A DNA stretch of 16,401 bases. Source: an uncultured Cytophagales bacterium (GTDB taxonomy: Bacteria > Bacteroidota > Bacteroidia > Cytophagales > UBA9547). Positions 16,286 to 16,401 of this stretch are shown in pieces. Under the pieces are notes generated by a model, which saw only the letters and a list, made by a program, of their open reading frames with translations, was not told the DNA's origin and made no database searches. How positions within the stretch are numbered: position 1 is the first letter of the stretch; the number at the start of each line of letters is the position of its first letter. The stretch lies in the NCBI GenBank assembly GCA_945957555.1, contig CAMFLX010000110.1:1-16401 (forward strand). Direction: 5' to 3'. Position numbers and translations under genes: made by a program.

Positions 16286-16401
16286 TTTACCCAAACATGT
16301 GCATCTTTTTGGTGAAAATATGCATTACTTTACCCAAACATGTGCGTCTTTTCGGTGAAAATATGCATTACTTTACCCAAACATGTGCGTCTTTTTGGTG
16401 A
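16286..16401. repeat. 43-bp tandem direct repeats (2.7 copies, truncated by the window end)
   Basis: Units start at 16286, 16329 and 16372. The unit is TTTACCCAAACATGTGC(A/G)TCTTTT(T/C)GGTGAAAATATGCATTAC, with only two variable positions. Each unit carries the palindromes ACATGT and ATGCAT. There are no unique spacers. Confidence 0.8.

Noticed and set aside
16286-16401. CRISPR array
   Set aside because: The whole 43-bp unit repeats head-to-tail with only two SNPs, so there are no unique spacers between conserved repeats. No cas genes lie nearby. It is a tandem repeat, not CRISPR.

Overview
The window looks like a Bacteroidota chromosomal segment. One gene ends in a T9SS C-terminal sorting domain, TAnnTTTG-type -7 promoter elements sit in front of genes, and no Shine-Dalgarno sequences are visible. 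Reading left to right it holds: a truncated BLUF photoreceptor remnant (47-238, -); an orphan UreD/UreH-like urease accessory gene (534-1424, +); a bidirectional terminator; a giant 2138-aa secreted leucine-rich-repeat/Ig-like protein with a T9SS sorting domain (1525-7941, -); a ~900-bp AT-rich non-coding stretch; a flotillin/SPFH protein with N-terminal tandem repeats (8839-10746, -); a strongly low-GC, single-gene island encoding a 1099-aa HD-phosphohydrolase + GHKL (Hsp90/MORC-type) ATPase fusion (11061-14360, -); an XRE-family HTH regulator (14633-15055, -) with an operator-like palindrome; a small coiled-coil + fibronectin-III protein (15225-15857, -); and 43-bp tandem direct repeats that run off the right edge (16286-16401). 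No rRNA, tRNA, transposase or true CRISPR array is visible. The most interesting candidate is the HD-GHKL protein. It is compositionally foreign (about 27% GC in sampled stretches against about 40-50% in flanking genes), sits next to a small HTH regulator, and has an architecture that I cannot place in any named defence system from memory. I propose it as a candidate undescribed conflict or defence gene. All domain calls are from reading the translations and motifs by eye; no database searches were run.
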